The notes under the pieces were generated by a model, which did not search any database, had not been told where the DNA came from, and was given only the letters and a program-made list of their open reading frames with translations. 64,000 bases of DNA from an uncultured Acidobacteriaceae bacterium (GTDB lineage Bacteria; Acidobacteriota; Terriglobia; Terriglobales; Acidobacteriaceae). Shown here piece after piece: positions 1 to 9,245 of this stretch (within the stretch, counting starts at the first letter, position 1; the number at the start of each line of letters is the position of its first letter). Location of the stretch: the NCBI GenBank assembly GCA_964245045.1, contig CAXTLD010000007.1:1971-65970 (forward strand). Reading direction: 5' to 3'. The position numbers and the translations under genes are program-made.

Positions 1-1131
1 CCCCCGGATGTAAATTCCGGCACGCTGCGCCGTCGAAGCGTCGAGCATAAGCGCCAGCAGCGGAGTGAATAGGTGCACAAGGGTGTGATAATACGACACG
101 GTCGGCAGACTTACCATGCAAACGGTAACGCCGAGCAGTTGGTTGGTCAGTGGCAATCTCGCGAGCTTTCTGAAGAAGGCCCATATGAAGAGGCTCGCTC
201 CGCCGAGGTAATAAGGAAAAGTGAGATTGGACGAGGATGTGTGAGCGATCTGTGTTGCAAGTTTCACAAAGGAGAACGCTGAATGATTCGCGACCAGTTC
301 GCGGAAGCTCCACTCGGAGGCGCGCAGGTGCTGGTAGCCAAACACGTTGTGCAGCGAGCCATGCCAGGCCACGGTGACCGTAGGGCCCATCCAGTACAGC
401 GATAGCCAGGAGACCCCAAGAAAGACGGCGGCACCAACTATTAGTGCACCGTACCGCTTTTTTGGGAACAAGAGGGTAAGCAAGAGTAGCGGATATAACT
501 TGACCGCTGCGGCTGCACCCCACAGGCCCGCTGCCAGGGAATACCTTTGACCGAAGAAGGCATACGTGCCGGTGCTCGCTAGTATCCACACGGCTAATTC
601 GATATTTCCCTGATGTAGCAGCCGCTGTACGGGAAAGGAGATCAGGAGAAGAGACGCTGGTAGAAGGATTGCCACGCTTGGATGAACCCCGAGTCGGCCT
701 AAGGTGCGGCCTACGCCAAAGAGCACCGTGCCCAACCAGGCGATCGCAACCGTGAGGAACACAAAGGTAGGGTGCGGAACGAAGTAAAGCGCGGCAAGCA
801 AGGCAGAAGCAAACGGAGGATAGGCCACGGCGGAGAACATGGCAGCGGGAAGTGACGCAGGTGGTGTGTTGTAGAAGAACGCCGCATGGTGGAGTGATTG
901 AAACGTCGCGGGATACTCCATAAGGTCCCCCATCAAAAGATCGCTTAGGGCATCCCAACGAGGTCTAGGCAGGCCGGCGTGGTGCAGTCCCCAACTGAAA
1001 AGGAGCGACACGGCAAACGCGCCCAGACACACCATCCAAAAAAGACGTATTGGAGGCGGCAACGGAGTGAACCCGACCTGAGGGACGTCACCGTTGCGTA
1101 CTGTTCGTATGACGAGTGCCGCTGATCCCAC
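1..1131 (-). CDS. GT87/DUF2029-like membrane glycosyltransferase (GT-C fold); 3' end runs off the window, start uncertain (GTG 1131 or ATG 1035/933)
   Basis: Manual translation of the minus frame is open from the stop at 1165-1167 to position 1: ...MGDLMEYPATFQSLHH...AVAYPPFASAL...LLHQGNIELAVWIL...AAAVKLYPLLLL..., many TM segments. The YPP, GNIE and KLYP motifs are typical of GT87. Absent from the ORF track because there is no stop in the window. Confidence 0.75.
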   Translation of the reverse strand, partial: MGSAALVIRTVRNGDVPQVGFTPLPPPIRLFWMVCLGAFAVSLLFSWGLHHAGLPRPRWDALSDLLMGDLMEYPATFQSLHHAAFFYNTPPASLPAAMFSAVAYPPFASALLAALYFVPHPTFVFLTVAIAWLGTVLFGVGRTLGRLGVHPSVAILLPASLLLISFPVQRLLHQGNIELAVWILASTGTYAFFGQRYSLAAGLWGAAAAVKLYPLLLLTLLFPKKRYGALIVGAAVFLGVSWLSLYWMGPTVTVAWHGSLHNVFGYQHLRASEWSFRELVANHSAFSFVKLATQIAHTSSSNLTFPYYLGGASLFIWAFFRKLARLPLTNQLLGVTVCMVSLPTVSYYHTLVHLFTPLLALMLDASTAQRAGIYIRG

Positions 1132-1267
1132 ATCGTTCAGAATGCCTTTGATCGGACGCGGATGTCACCTACACAAAAGTGGCACACGGAATCGACACTA
1201 TTGCAGCTAGAATTCGTGTCGGTCCTAGATTTTGGGCGATTGTTGCCTATGAGTAAAGCTGAGATCG

Positions 1268-1858
1268 ATGGCGAAGCCTAGTATGCACCGAATAATCACG
1301 CATGGGACTGCGGCTGAATCGGGCGCGGTGAAAGTTCCGGGTTTGCGGAAGGGCTATCGTCTTCGTGAAGCAGCAATGGCCCAACTGGCAGATGGGCCTC
1401 CGGCGCGCTGTACAAATTTGGTGAGCGGCGACGTTTGCGGGGAGGGGGGAGCTAGCCTCTTGGAATTGGCTCTGTTGACACCAATCCTTCTTTTGCTGCT
1501 GGCGGGGTCCGTGGACCTGGGCCAAGTTTGTTATGTCGCCATTGAACTATCTGCCGCCGCAAGTGCCGGGGCCGAATATGGCAGCCAAAACCCAACGGAT
1601 ATGACGGGTATGCAGAGGGCTGTTACCCTGAGTGCGACCAACTTGACTGGAGTTAGCTCGACTGCGAACTGGGGATGTGAGTGCTCGGATGGTACATCCG
1701 CCTCTCTCACGTGCAGTGCAAATCCGACCTGCGCTACGACCCGTGTCAAGTATGTGGTTGTGAGTGCGTCCTTGAACTATGTGCCCGTCCTCGGGCTTCC
1801 TGGTCTGCCCACGAGATATCCACTTGCAAGCACTGCGCGGCTACGCGCGGCGGAGTGA
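1268..1858 (+). CDS. tadE: TadE/TadG-like minor pseudopilin (true start may be downstream, e.g. ATG 1376)
   Basis: G-ASLLELALLTPILLLLLAGSVDLG prepilin-like motif, followed by a Cys- and Ser/Thr-rich domain; lies in the tad locus. Confidence 0.85.
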   Translation: MAKPSMHRIITHGTAAESGAVKVPGLRKGYRLREAAMAQLADGPPARCTNLVSGDVCGEGGASLLELALLTPILLLLLAGSVDLGQVCYVAIELSAAASAGAEYGSQNPTDMTGMQRAVTLSATNLTGVSSTANWGCECSDGTSASLTCSANPTCATTRVKYVVVSASLNYVPVLGLPGLPTRYPLASTARLRAAE

Positions 1859-2394
1859 ATGCGAGGTCCACTGTGATCCAGCGCTCCGGAAGTGGCTCAT
1901 TAGCTATGCACGCACACAAGTTTGTGAACGCTGATTCAGGTAGTGCTTCGGTGGAGTTCGCGGCCTCCGCCATACTACTCTTCACCATCCTATTCGGCAT
2001 CGTGGAATGCTCACGGGCCGTCTATGTTTACCACTTCGTGGGTAACGCGAGCGAAGAAGCGGCGCGCTATGCCATGGTGCGAGGGGCTTCTTGGTCCAGC
2101 TCCTGTATCTCGGCAACCGCTTCCAACTGTGCGGCCACGAGCACTAGCCTAAATCTTTTCGTGCAATCGATAGCTCCTGCTGGTGTATCGAGCTCGAACC
2201 TGCACGGGTTCGCCACCTGGCCCGGAACCAGTATTACTGGAGCCACTTGCTTGTCCTCGGGTTCTGCGTCAACCAACAGCGTTGGCTGCACTGTGTCGGT
2301 AACGGTGAACTATCGTTTTGCATTTGTTTCTCCCTTGTTGCCTCAGATCGCACTGCGCTTGGTTAGCACCTCACAGGTGACCATTGTTCAGTGA
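1855..2394 (+). CDS. tadE: TadE-like minor pseudopilin
   Basis: G-SASVEFAASAILLFTILFGIVE...EAARYA motif. GTG at 1855 overlaps the upstream TGA (GTGA); alternative ATG at 1906. Confidence 0.85.
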   Translation: MNARSTVIQRSGSGSLAMHAHKFVNADSGSASVEFAASAILLFTILFGIVECSRAVYVYHFVGNASEEAARYAMVRGASWSSSCISATASNCAATSTSLNLFVQSIAPAGVSSSNLHGFATWPGTSITGATCLSSGSASTNSVGCTVSVTVNYRFAFVSPLLPQIALRLVSTSQVTIVQ

Positions 2395-3679
2395 ACAAGC
2401 GCTGGTTTCCGGTACGGCTTCGCAGTCTAGGGATCGCACCCTCCTGCTCTTCGTCATAGCGTCGTTGCTGCGCCTACTCGTAGTGGCCTATAGCCTTAGC
2501 CACTTTGGGCCTGGCTGGTTCTTTGCGCGAGGATCTGAAATGGGATTCTTGGCCCAATCTATCCTCCGTGGCGACGGTCTGGGCTCCCCGTTCGGCCCGC
2601 ACACAGGTCCCACGGCGATTGTCGCGCCGGGCTATCCTCTCTTTGTCAGCGGGGTGTTTCGCATACTGGGTACTTACAGCGCCGCTTCGGCATGGTTCCT
2701 TATGTTTTCCAACTGCGTTCTAAATGGCGCTACGGACGCGCTTATTTACAGAGCGGCACGGAACCTGGCGAGTGAACCGAGCGCTTTTGCCGTGGCCTTA
2801 ATTTGGGCCTGTTCTCCGCCTCTTCTCTGGATGCCAACGATCTTCTGGGAAACAAACGTGTCGGCCGCGCTGCTCCTATCATGTGTCTGCCTAACACCTC
2901 GTCAGTCGAGAAGTAGATCGTCGCTCTTGTGGGCTGGGTCTGGTATGCTTTGCGCTATCACGGGACTGATTAACCCCGCCCTACTTCCTTCGCAGCTTAT
3001 CTTGGCAGGCTATGGGGTGAGCCGGGGAGCCATCGGCAAACGCGAGTGGCAGGCGGGAACCATCTACTGTTCCAGCTTCCTCCTCTTTTTTCTGCCCTGG
3101 CCGACGCGCAATCAGCGCGTATTCCACTCCTTCATTCCCACGAGAACCACATTGGGTCTGGAACTGTGGATGGGCAATCAGCTCGGAGGGCAGGGGTATC
3201 TCGAGCCAGCCTTGTTTCCGACCTACAACGAGGTCGAGCTGTCTAAATACAAGCGGCTCGGAGAACCTCAGTACATGGCGCAAAAGCAGGAGCTAGCCCT
3301 CAGGTACATCCGCGCCCATCCCGTGCATTTCCTGGTGCTATCCATTCGAAGGTGTACCAGATTTTGGCTTGGAGGTGGCACGCGGGACGGATCCCCATTG
3401 CTGATGCTACACGGAACGTTCTTGTTCGTCCTGGGTGCTTCTGGTTTGGTCCTGTTGTGGCGTGAAGGAAGGAGAGATCTGTGGAGTTGCACACTAATCC
3501 CACTTATCCTGTTCCCTTTGCCCTACTACGCTACTCATGCGGAGTTCAAATACCGTCTGATTGTGGATCCTCTACTGATGGTTCTGGGGGCGGGAGCTAT
3601 CGATCTGGTACGCCCGCCTGGGCGCAGTCGCGTTGTCGCCCCAGCGAGTGTACTTGCCCTCTTGCCGGAGCCGGAGTAG
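2384..3679 (+). CDS. GT39/ArnT-PMT-like membrane glycosyltransferase (GT-C fold)
   Basis: Polytopic membrane protein: GSEMGFLAQSILRGDGLGSPFGPHTGPTAIVAPGYPLF, WETNVSA, NPALL, WPTRNQRVFHSFIP..GLELWMGN, RYRL-like KYRL. Overlaps the tadE stop. Confidence 0.7.
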   Translation: MFSEQALVSGTASQSRDRTLLLFVIASLLRLLVVAYSLSHFGPGWFFARGSEMGFLAQSILRGDGLGSPFGPHTGPTAIVAPGYPLFVSGVFRILGTYSAASAWFLMFSNCVLNGATDALIYRAARNLASEPSAFAVALIWACSPPLLWMPTIFWETNVSAALLLSCVCLTPRQSRSRSSLLWAGSGMLCAITGLINPALLPSQLILAGYGVSRGAIGKREWQAGTIYCSSFLLFFLPWPTRNQRVFHSFIPTRTTLGLELWMGNQLGGQGYLEPALFPTYNEVELSKYKRLGEPQYMAQKQELALRYIRAHPVHFLVLSIRRCTRFWLGGGTRDGSPLLMLHGTFLFVLGASGLVLLWREGRRDLWSCTLIPLILFPLPYYATHAEFKYRLIVDPLLMVLGAGAIDLVRPPGRSRVVAPASVLALLPEPE

Positions 3680-3799
3680 CCGCAATTGGAAGCAAGCAAG
3701 AACGTAGCTCCGCGGGCATTTCAAGTCAAGTACACGCAACTAGCCTAGGATCGCGTCGCCCGAGCCTGGACGGCTATGTCCCCTTCGTGCTAGGACTGG

Positions 3800-4159
3800 C
3801 TATACGATTAGTTGCAGAGAAAGCGAATCGCCTAGACTGATGGACTTACGAGCTATCTCCCCGCCCGCAAGCTCCAGTACGCTCCGGATCCGCGTGCTTA
3901 CGGATGTCAATCGATACGGTTGCATCTGCGGCCAAAGTCGGATGACACGACGGTCGGCATCAAGGCCGACCACGTCGATTGCGAACCTCATCCCAAAGGT
4001 ATGGACGCCGGAGGAGGGACTTATCCATAACCCCTCTCCGGCTTCCAGATAGTGACGTCCCAGTAGACCAACGAGACGCGTTCTAGTAGTGGTCGCGCAA
4101 CGGATCCGATCGCCGATGACCACGGTTGTCGTTCGGTTGTGAACCGTTACCTTCTGCAT
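3800..4159 (-). CDS. DUF192 domain protein (commonly found near tad loci)
   Basis: RLVGLLGR..L..GEGLWI.PSSGVHTFGMRFAIDVV.LD...VLEL.GG pattern. Confidence 0.85.
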   Translation of the reverse strand: MQKVTVHNRTTTVVIGDRIRCATTTRTRLVGLLGRHYLEAGEGLWISPSSGVHTFGMRFAIDVVGLDADRRVIRLWPQMQPYRLTSVSTRIRSVLELAGGEIARKSISLGDSLSLQLIV

Positions 4160-4180
4160 GGCTTTGTTTATGTCCCCTGC

Positions 4181-4276
4181 TTAGACTGAAGCTTTAGACT
4201 TGCGGCGGTATACGATTACAGCGAGCACGACCACGGCCAGAACACCGGCAATGATACGAATTGTAGAAGCGTCCAT
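4181..4276 (-). CDS. 31-aa single-TM microprotein MDASTIRIIAGVLAVVVLAVIVYRRKSKASV
   Basis: Strong RBS (AGAGGAGG, rc of 4283-4290) shortly upstream of the ATG; one hydrophobic helix and a basic tail; co-oriented upstream of DUF192. Below the ORF-track length cutoff. Confidence 0.7.
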   Translation of the reverse strand: MDASTIRIIAGVLAVVVLAVIVYRRKSKASV

Positions 4277-4790
4277 ATTCAACCTCCTCTCGTAAATTCC
4301 ACTGGTTTCGGTGAGCTATAGCTTGAAAAGCCCCTGTGCTTGGCGACGATAGTAAGCGATTGCTCCTCGGTCGCCTCAGGAGAGGAGGCGGAGCCGATGA
4401 CCGGGTCCGGCCAGATGACACCATACATCGCTAACAACGTAAGCGGCACAGTGATCATGGGTATCATTATCGCAAGATGCATCAAACGAAGTCTCCTTTC
4501 GCGGAATCTGGTATTCGTCTTTCAGAGCCGGGCAGCTCTTGGTACGGGACTAATCTTGACACGCGTCACGGCCACCTGCGAAGAGGACTTTGGATAATAC
4601 GGCTACAACTTTCTTACTTCGCGGTTACGACCAAAGCGGTAGGGCAAACACTAAGGTTTTTCGAGAAAACGCCGACAATAGAAACAGCACGGCAGAGATC
4701 GGGATTGCCTTCATCTCCCGAGCATTCCGGCCCGGCTCAGGCCAGTGTTGAGCAGATTTCCAATTCACCACACACCAGAGGAGAGCACCT

Positions 4791-4973
4791 ATGAAGAACT
4801 TCAAGTACATCGTAACCACTCTTATGCAGGACGAGTCCGGTCAAGATCTTATCGAGTATGCGCTGGTGGCAGCGCTGATCGGACTTGGCGCAGTTACCTC
4901 TATGCGTACGTTCGCAAATGCGATCGGAAACGCGTTTGGAGCCGTGGGAAACACGTTGACCAGCAATGTGTAA
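4791..4973 (+). CDS. flp: Flp family type IVc major pilin
   Basis: DESG|QDLIEYALVAALIGLGAV Flp motif; RBS GAGGAGAG upstream. Confidence 0.95.
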   Translation: MKNFKYIVTTLMQDESGQDLIEYALVAALIGLGAVTSMRTFANAIGNAFGAVGNTLTSNV

Positions 4974-4974
4974 G

Positions 4975-5016
4975 TACAAAGAGGTCTGGCCCGAACACGG
5001 TGGACCTCTATTTGTA
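4975..5016 (+). terminator. Stem-loop immediately after flp (mRNA stabiliser or partial terminator)
   Basis: TACAAA-GAGGTC ... GACCTC-TA-TTTGTA inverted repeat between flp and cpaA. Confidence 0.55.
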
Positions 5017-5097
5017 AAAACGGGCTATCTGCTGCCGGTGTCAGTCTCGATGCAAAGACAGCCTGCGCCAACCGTGCTATATCAACACTGACCAGCT

Positions 5098-5652
5098 ATG
5101 ACGAATGACCTTCTATTTCACCCAGTTTTCGCGATCACTGCAATAGGCGTGGGGGTGATTGGCGCTACAACCGACGTTCGAAGCCGGTTGATCCCTAATC
5201 GCCTCACGGGCCCTGCCATTATCGCTGGGCTCTTGTTGCACCTTGTGATTGGCGGCTGGGCCGAGTGCGGGCGGTCGCTTGCGGCTCTGCTGCTCTGCGG
5301 TGGTGCTTTTCTGGTTTTTCACTTTGCAGGCGGTATGGGTGCCGGTGACGTGAAATTCGTTGCGGCGGAAGCATCCCTACTGAGCTTGCCCAGTGTTGCT
5401 CCTTTGCTGCTTTACACCGCGATTTGCGGCGGAGTTCTTGGGCTGACGGTCGCGATTTCGAGAGGTAGGCTTCGTCAAACCTTAGTCAACGTTGTAATTC
5501 TGACAAACCACCACTCGAGACACGGGCTGTTGCCACATCCTGAACTGAACGTTACAAATGGCCAAACGCTTCGGCTGCCTTATGGGTTGGCTATTGCCTC
5601 AGGCACGATACTTACCGTAATCGTTCCGTTGCTGTTCAGGGGCGGTCTATGA
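5098..5652 (+). CDS. cpaA: Prepilin peptidase, A24 family (CpaA/TadV)
   Basis: TDVRSRLIPN and GMGAGDVK aspartate motifs; LPYGLAI; multi-TM. Confidence 0.93.
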   Translation: MTNDLLFHPVFAITAIGVGVIGATTDVRSRLIPNRLTGPAIIAGLLLHLVIGGWAECGRSLAALLLCGGAFLVFHFAGGMGAGDVKFVAAEASLLSLPSVAPLLLYTAICGGVLGLTVAISRGRLRQTLVNVVILTNHHSRHGLLPHPELNVTNGQTLRLPYGLAIASGTILTVIVPLLFRGGL

Positions 5653-6494
5653 ATACGAGGCGACTTCTTATTGCGTTGCTGGTCGCTCTAGGGTGCTCAG
5701 CCCTGTTGACATGGCAGCTCAGCAGGCATCTTCCCCATGCAGCGCGAAGCGAACGGCCCGCAGCCGTCCGCCAGGTTGTCGTCGCCGCGAAGACCGTGCC
5801 TGCAGGAGAGCCCTTTGTAGAATCCTCGGTAAGCGTGATCCACATGACGGGTTCGCAGCCGATTCCGGGCGCGTTTCAGAGCGCGGCGGAAGTCGTCGCG
5901 CGAACGGCGGCGGTGCCGATCAATGCTGGCGACCTCATCCTTGCACATGACCTTTCGCCTATGGACGCCGGCACTGGTCTGGCGGTGGCCATTACTCCGG
6001 GTATGCGCGCCGTCACTGTCCGGCCCCCGGACGAAATGGCGGGGGGTTCCGGATTCATTCTCCCTGGCTCTTATGTGGATGTGCTCGTTACATACAGGTC
6101 AGGTATTGACGACGCATTCATCTCCTCACTGGTATTGCAAGCCGCCAAGGTGCTGGCCGTGGGACAGAACAGAGAAGCTGGAGGGGAGGACAAAGCTCGA
6201 TCTGATGGAGCGATCACCCTGTTACTCACCCCGGAGGAGGCCGCGCGGTTCACGTCCGCGAGCGCCTTGGGCAAAGTCACTCTTGCTCTTAGGAATGGAA
6301 CCGACCGCATCAGGGATATCGGACCTATGCACGTGAGCTTCACCAGAGGGTACGAGGAAAGACGAAAGTTGCCCGTCTCGGAAATCCCAGTGCGGCGACC
6401 CGAATCGACCAAGCCTTCTTCCGCTCCTGAGTTCAGGGTTGAAACATTAGTGGGCGGCAAAACGACGACCCAGACCTTCCAGGGAGAGCAGTAA
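5649..6494 (+). CDS. cpaB: Flp pilus assembly protein CpaB/RcpC
   Basis: N-terminal TM, SAF-like VVVAAK..PAG, GMRAVTV, GFILPGSYVDVL, VLAVGQ. Confidence 0.92.
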   Translation: MNTRRLLIALLVALGCSALLTWQLSRHLPHAARSERPAAVRQVVVAAKTVPAGEPFVESSVSVIHMTGSQPIPGAFQSAAEVVARTAAVPINAGDLILAHDLSPMDAGTGLAVAITPGMRAVTVRPPDEMAGGSGFILPGSYVDVLVTYRSGIDDAFISSLVLQAAKVLAVGQNREAGGEDKARSDGAITLLLTPEEAARFTSASALGKVTLALRNGTDRIRDIGPMHVSFTRGYEERRKLPVSEIPVRRPESTKPSSAPEFRVETLVGGKTTTQTFQGEQ

Positions 6495-7936
6495 TGACGA
6501 TCGGTGGCGAGCGCGGCCCAGTCCCTACACTGAATGTCCTATGGCGATGCCTAATGCGTGGGTATCTCGCGTTGGCGGGTTTGTCGCTGGGTTATGGGCA
6601 GGTGCCAGGCGCGAGGCTGGCGAACGCTTCCAGCCAGGGCTTTCGTATCGCTACAACCGCCCAAGAACCCCGCACAGAACTCATGCATCTTGAGATCGGC
6701 CACACGCTTTTTCTAGACACACAGACGCGCATCAGTCGTGTTTACGTTGCGAACCCAGCGGTGTTAGAGTCGTACATCGTAAGTCCGAAACAAGTTTTGC
6801 TCACGGCAAAGACTACAGGTATCACGTCTGTGAACTTGTGGGACGAGAAGGATCGTACGCAGACCTTTTTGGTTTCGAGCGATATCGACTCGGCGACGAT
6901 ACAGGCTGCAGTAAAGGCTCAACTGCCCAATGACGCCATCTCAGTGGACGTCCATCAGGGCAGAGTCATCCTCTCCGGAACCGTCGGTTCCCAGGCGGCT
7001 GCAGACTCTGCCGAAAAACTCGCTGCGCTTTTCACTAAAGATGTTGTGAACTCGATCGTCGTGAACTCGGCAAGAGCAAGGCAAGTACGGTTGAAGGTGC
7101 GTTTTGTGGAGGTGGATCGTTCACGATTGGAGCAATTTGGCATCAACATCTTTGCTCCGGGTGGAACCAACTCGGTTGGAAGCGGAACGACTTCCCAATT
7201 CTCTTCGAACGCGACCTTAAGTCCCAGCGGCGGTAGCGGGTTAGCTGTTGGCGGCAATACCCTCCTCGTCAGTGATCCACTCAACTTTCTTTTCTATAGC
7301 ACGAAGACGAACGTCGGCGTTTCGGTGAAGGATCTTGAGAACAGGCAATTGGTTCAGATTCTTGCCGAACCTACGATCACAACACTCAGCGGGCAGCCAG
7401 CCAATTTTTTGGCTGGAGGAGAATTCCCGTTCCCCGTAGTACAAGGCGCGTCGACGGGAGCTACTTCGATCACCGTACAGTTCCGTCCCTTTGGCGTTCG
7501 TCTGGCATTCACGCCTAAGGTAAATGTGGACGGAAGCATTGAGCTGAAGGTAGCACCCGAGGTGAGCGCTCTGGACTACACCAATGCTGTGTCGATCAGT
7601 GGGTACACGATTCCCGCTATCTCAACCAAGCATGTAGATACACAAGTGGTGGTTCGTAGTGGGCAGAGTTTTGCGATATCGGGTCTTCTTGATCGCCGTA
7701 CTACGGACGGACTGGCACGTACACCCGGAATCGCGAGCATACCTTTTCTCGGCACGCTCTTTCGATCTAAGAACATCAACCTGTCTACTTCCGAGCTGAT
7801 CGTGATGGTCACTCCGACCCTTATCGATCCGCTTTCCGACGATGTTGGATCGGGGAGTCCGGCCCTTCCACGGCCCTTCTTGAACCAGAAGGGCTTCGAC
7901 AACAAGATTCCTTCGGTAAACAAACCCCATGATTAA
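6494..7936 (+). CDS. cpaC: Tad secretin CpaC/RcpA with BON-like domain
   Basis: QVRLKVRFVEVDRS, ILAEPTITTLSGQPANFLAGGEFP, FGVRLAFTP, SGQSFAISGL, GIASIPFLGTLF..SELIVMVTP. Confidence 0.93.
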   Translation: MTIGGERGPVPTLNVLWRCLMRGYLALAGLSLGYGQVPGARLANASSQGFRIATTAQEPRTELMHLEIGHTLFLDTQTRISRVYVANPAVLESYIVSPKQVLLTAKTTGITSVNLWDEKDRTQTFLVSSDIDSATIQAAVKAQLPNDAISVDVHQGRVILSGTVGSQAAADSAEKLAALFTKDVVNSIVVNSARARQVRLKVRFVEVDRSRLEQFGINIFAPGGTNSVGSGTTSQFSSNATLSPSGGSGLAVGGNTLLVSDPLNFLFYSTKTNVGVSVKDLENRQLVQILAEPTITTLSGQPANFLAGGEFPFPVVQGASTGATSITVQFRPFGVRLAFTPKVNVDGSIELKVAPEVSALDYTNAVSISGYTIPAISTKHVDTQVVVRSGQSFAISGLLDRRTTDGLARTPGIASIPFLGTLFRSKNINLSTSELIVMVTPTLIDPLSDDVGSGSPALPRPFLNQKGFDNKIPSVNKPHD

Positions 7937-7975
7937 AATCTGGAAACCCAGGTTTGGAAAGGAGACGTTACCACG

Positions 7976-9244
7976 ATGACGGCATACACCATGAGCCTTC
8001 TCTTCGTTTGTGCTTCGGAGGCGACCGTCCAAGCCGCGTTGCAATCCGCGTCAGAGCTGGACTGGAACACGATACAAGCATCGTACGACACGTATATCTC
8101 ATCGCGTCGTCGGCCCCACTTTCCCGAAAGCTTGAAATCGTGCGACTGCTGTGTAGCGTTCATTGACTTCGACCAGGATCCGGAGCAGGCCGCTTCCTCC
8201 GCCGCGTATCTGAATCATGCTTTTCGGGATAACATCGTCCTGATTGCCGTATCCGGTCGCAATGAACCGGGATCGATGCTTTCGGCTATGCGGGCGGGAT
8301 GTACTGAATTTCTAGCGCAACCGGTACAGACGCAGTCTTTGCAGGTAGCCTTTGGACGCGTACAACAGCGCGTCCTGGAGCGTAAAACGAACGTTCGGGC
8401 GTCCGGGTCTGTCTTGGCTCTGTTGGGAGCAAAGGGGGGCGTAGGCACTACCACCCTAGGCGTGCATCTGGCCACGTACCTCGTCCAGAACAACGGCAAG
8501 AAGGTCCTTCTTATCGATAGCAAGGCCCAGTTCGGTCACGTGTGCATCTATTTGGGCATGGAGGGTAGCGGATGCCATTTTCAAGAGGTGGTCAGCAACG
8601 TAAGTCGACTGGATAGCGAACTGTTGCAGGCTTTTGTGGGCCGGCATCCCAGCGGTCTCGATCTGCTTTCTTCCCCGGAGGTTGGGCAGAGCGCAAGGGC
8701 GTTGCATCCGGACGATGTGCAGCATACGCTAGACTTCCTCCGCACCGAGTATGACTTTGTGATCGTAGACTGCGACGACTCAGCGGATGAGATCACGCGA
8801 GCTATCATTGCCGCATCATCCCAGGTTTATGTGGTTGCGACACCCGATATCACAGCCATCCGTGACCTATCGCGGCATGTCGACGATCTGGCACGGACCG
8901 ACGACGCCAGCAAGATCCATATCGTAATTAACAGATACTCGTCACAGTTTGCGGTGGGTCTGGAGGAAGTAGAAAAGGCGATTCGACTGCCGATCAGTTA
9001 CAGCGTTCCGAACAACTATATCGAGCTAGTTCGCTCGGCCAACTTAGGCGTTCCGGTCAGTGCGGAAGGCAAATCCGGGTTTACGACGGAGCTACTGAAG
9101 TGGGCCAATGCGCTGGTCGGTGCGGTTGCTCAACAGCCGTCGTCCAAGCCGCAAAGTGCCACCGCGCCAAATGCCTGGAAGCTACTGAAAAATCTAGCGT
9201 CGACGTTGTCGATACAAACTTCTACGGCGGGAAAGCGAGTTTGA
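7976..9244 (+). CDS. cpaE: CpaE/TadZ (receiver-like domain plus ParA/MinD-like ATPase)
   Basis: [10 protein letters not shown] receiver remnant; [10 protein letters not shown] deviant Walker A; EYDFVIVD. Confidence 0.9.
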   Translation: MTAYTMSLLFVCASEATVQAALQSASELDWNTIQASYDTYISSRRRPHFPESLKSCDCCVAFIDFDQDPEQAASSAAYLNHAFRDNIVLIAVSGRNEPGSMLSAMRAGCTEFLAQPVQTQSLQVAFGRVQQRVLERKTNVRASGSVLALLGAKGGVGTTTLGVHLATYLVQNNGKKVLLIDSKAQFGHVCIYLGMEGSGCHFQEVVSNVSRLDSELLQAFVGRHPSGLDLLSSPEVGQSARALHPDDVQHTLDFLRTEYDFVIVDCDDSADEITRAIIAASSQVYVVATPDITAIRDLSRHVDDLARTDDASKIHIVINRYSSQFAVGLEEVEKAIRLPISYSVPNNYIELVRSANLGVPVSAEGKSGFTTELLKWANALVGAVAQQPSSKPQSATAPNAWKLLKNLASTLSIQTSTAGKRV

Positions 9245-9245
9245 G

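Noticed and set aside
1185-1210. TGGCAC as a possible sigma-54 promoter before tadE
   Set aside because: The -12 TTGC element is not at the required spacing.
4279-4485. 68-aa minus-strand ORF with hydrophobic N-terminus upstream of the microprotein
   Set aside because: No clear RBS or recognisable motif; its end overlaps the microprotein RBS. It may be real but I cannot support it.
4640-4712. Possible c-di-GMP-I (GEMM) riboswitch upstream of flp (AGGGCAAAC...GGGATTGCCT)
   Set aside because: Lacks the GAAA-tetraloop P2 stem and the GGGACGCAAAGC junction; only a GTTTTT-CGA-GAAAAC hairpin is present. An Rfam cmsearch would settle it.
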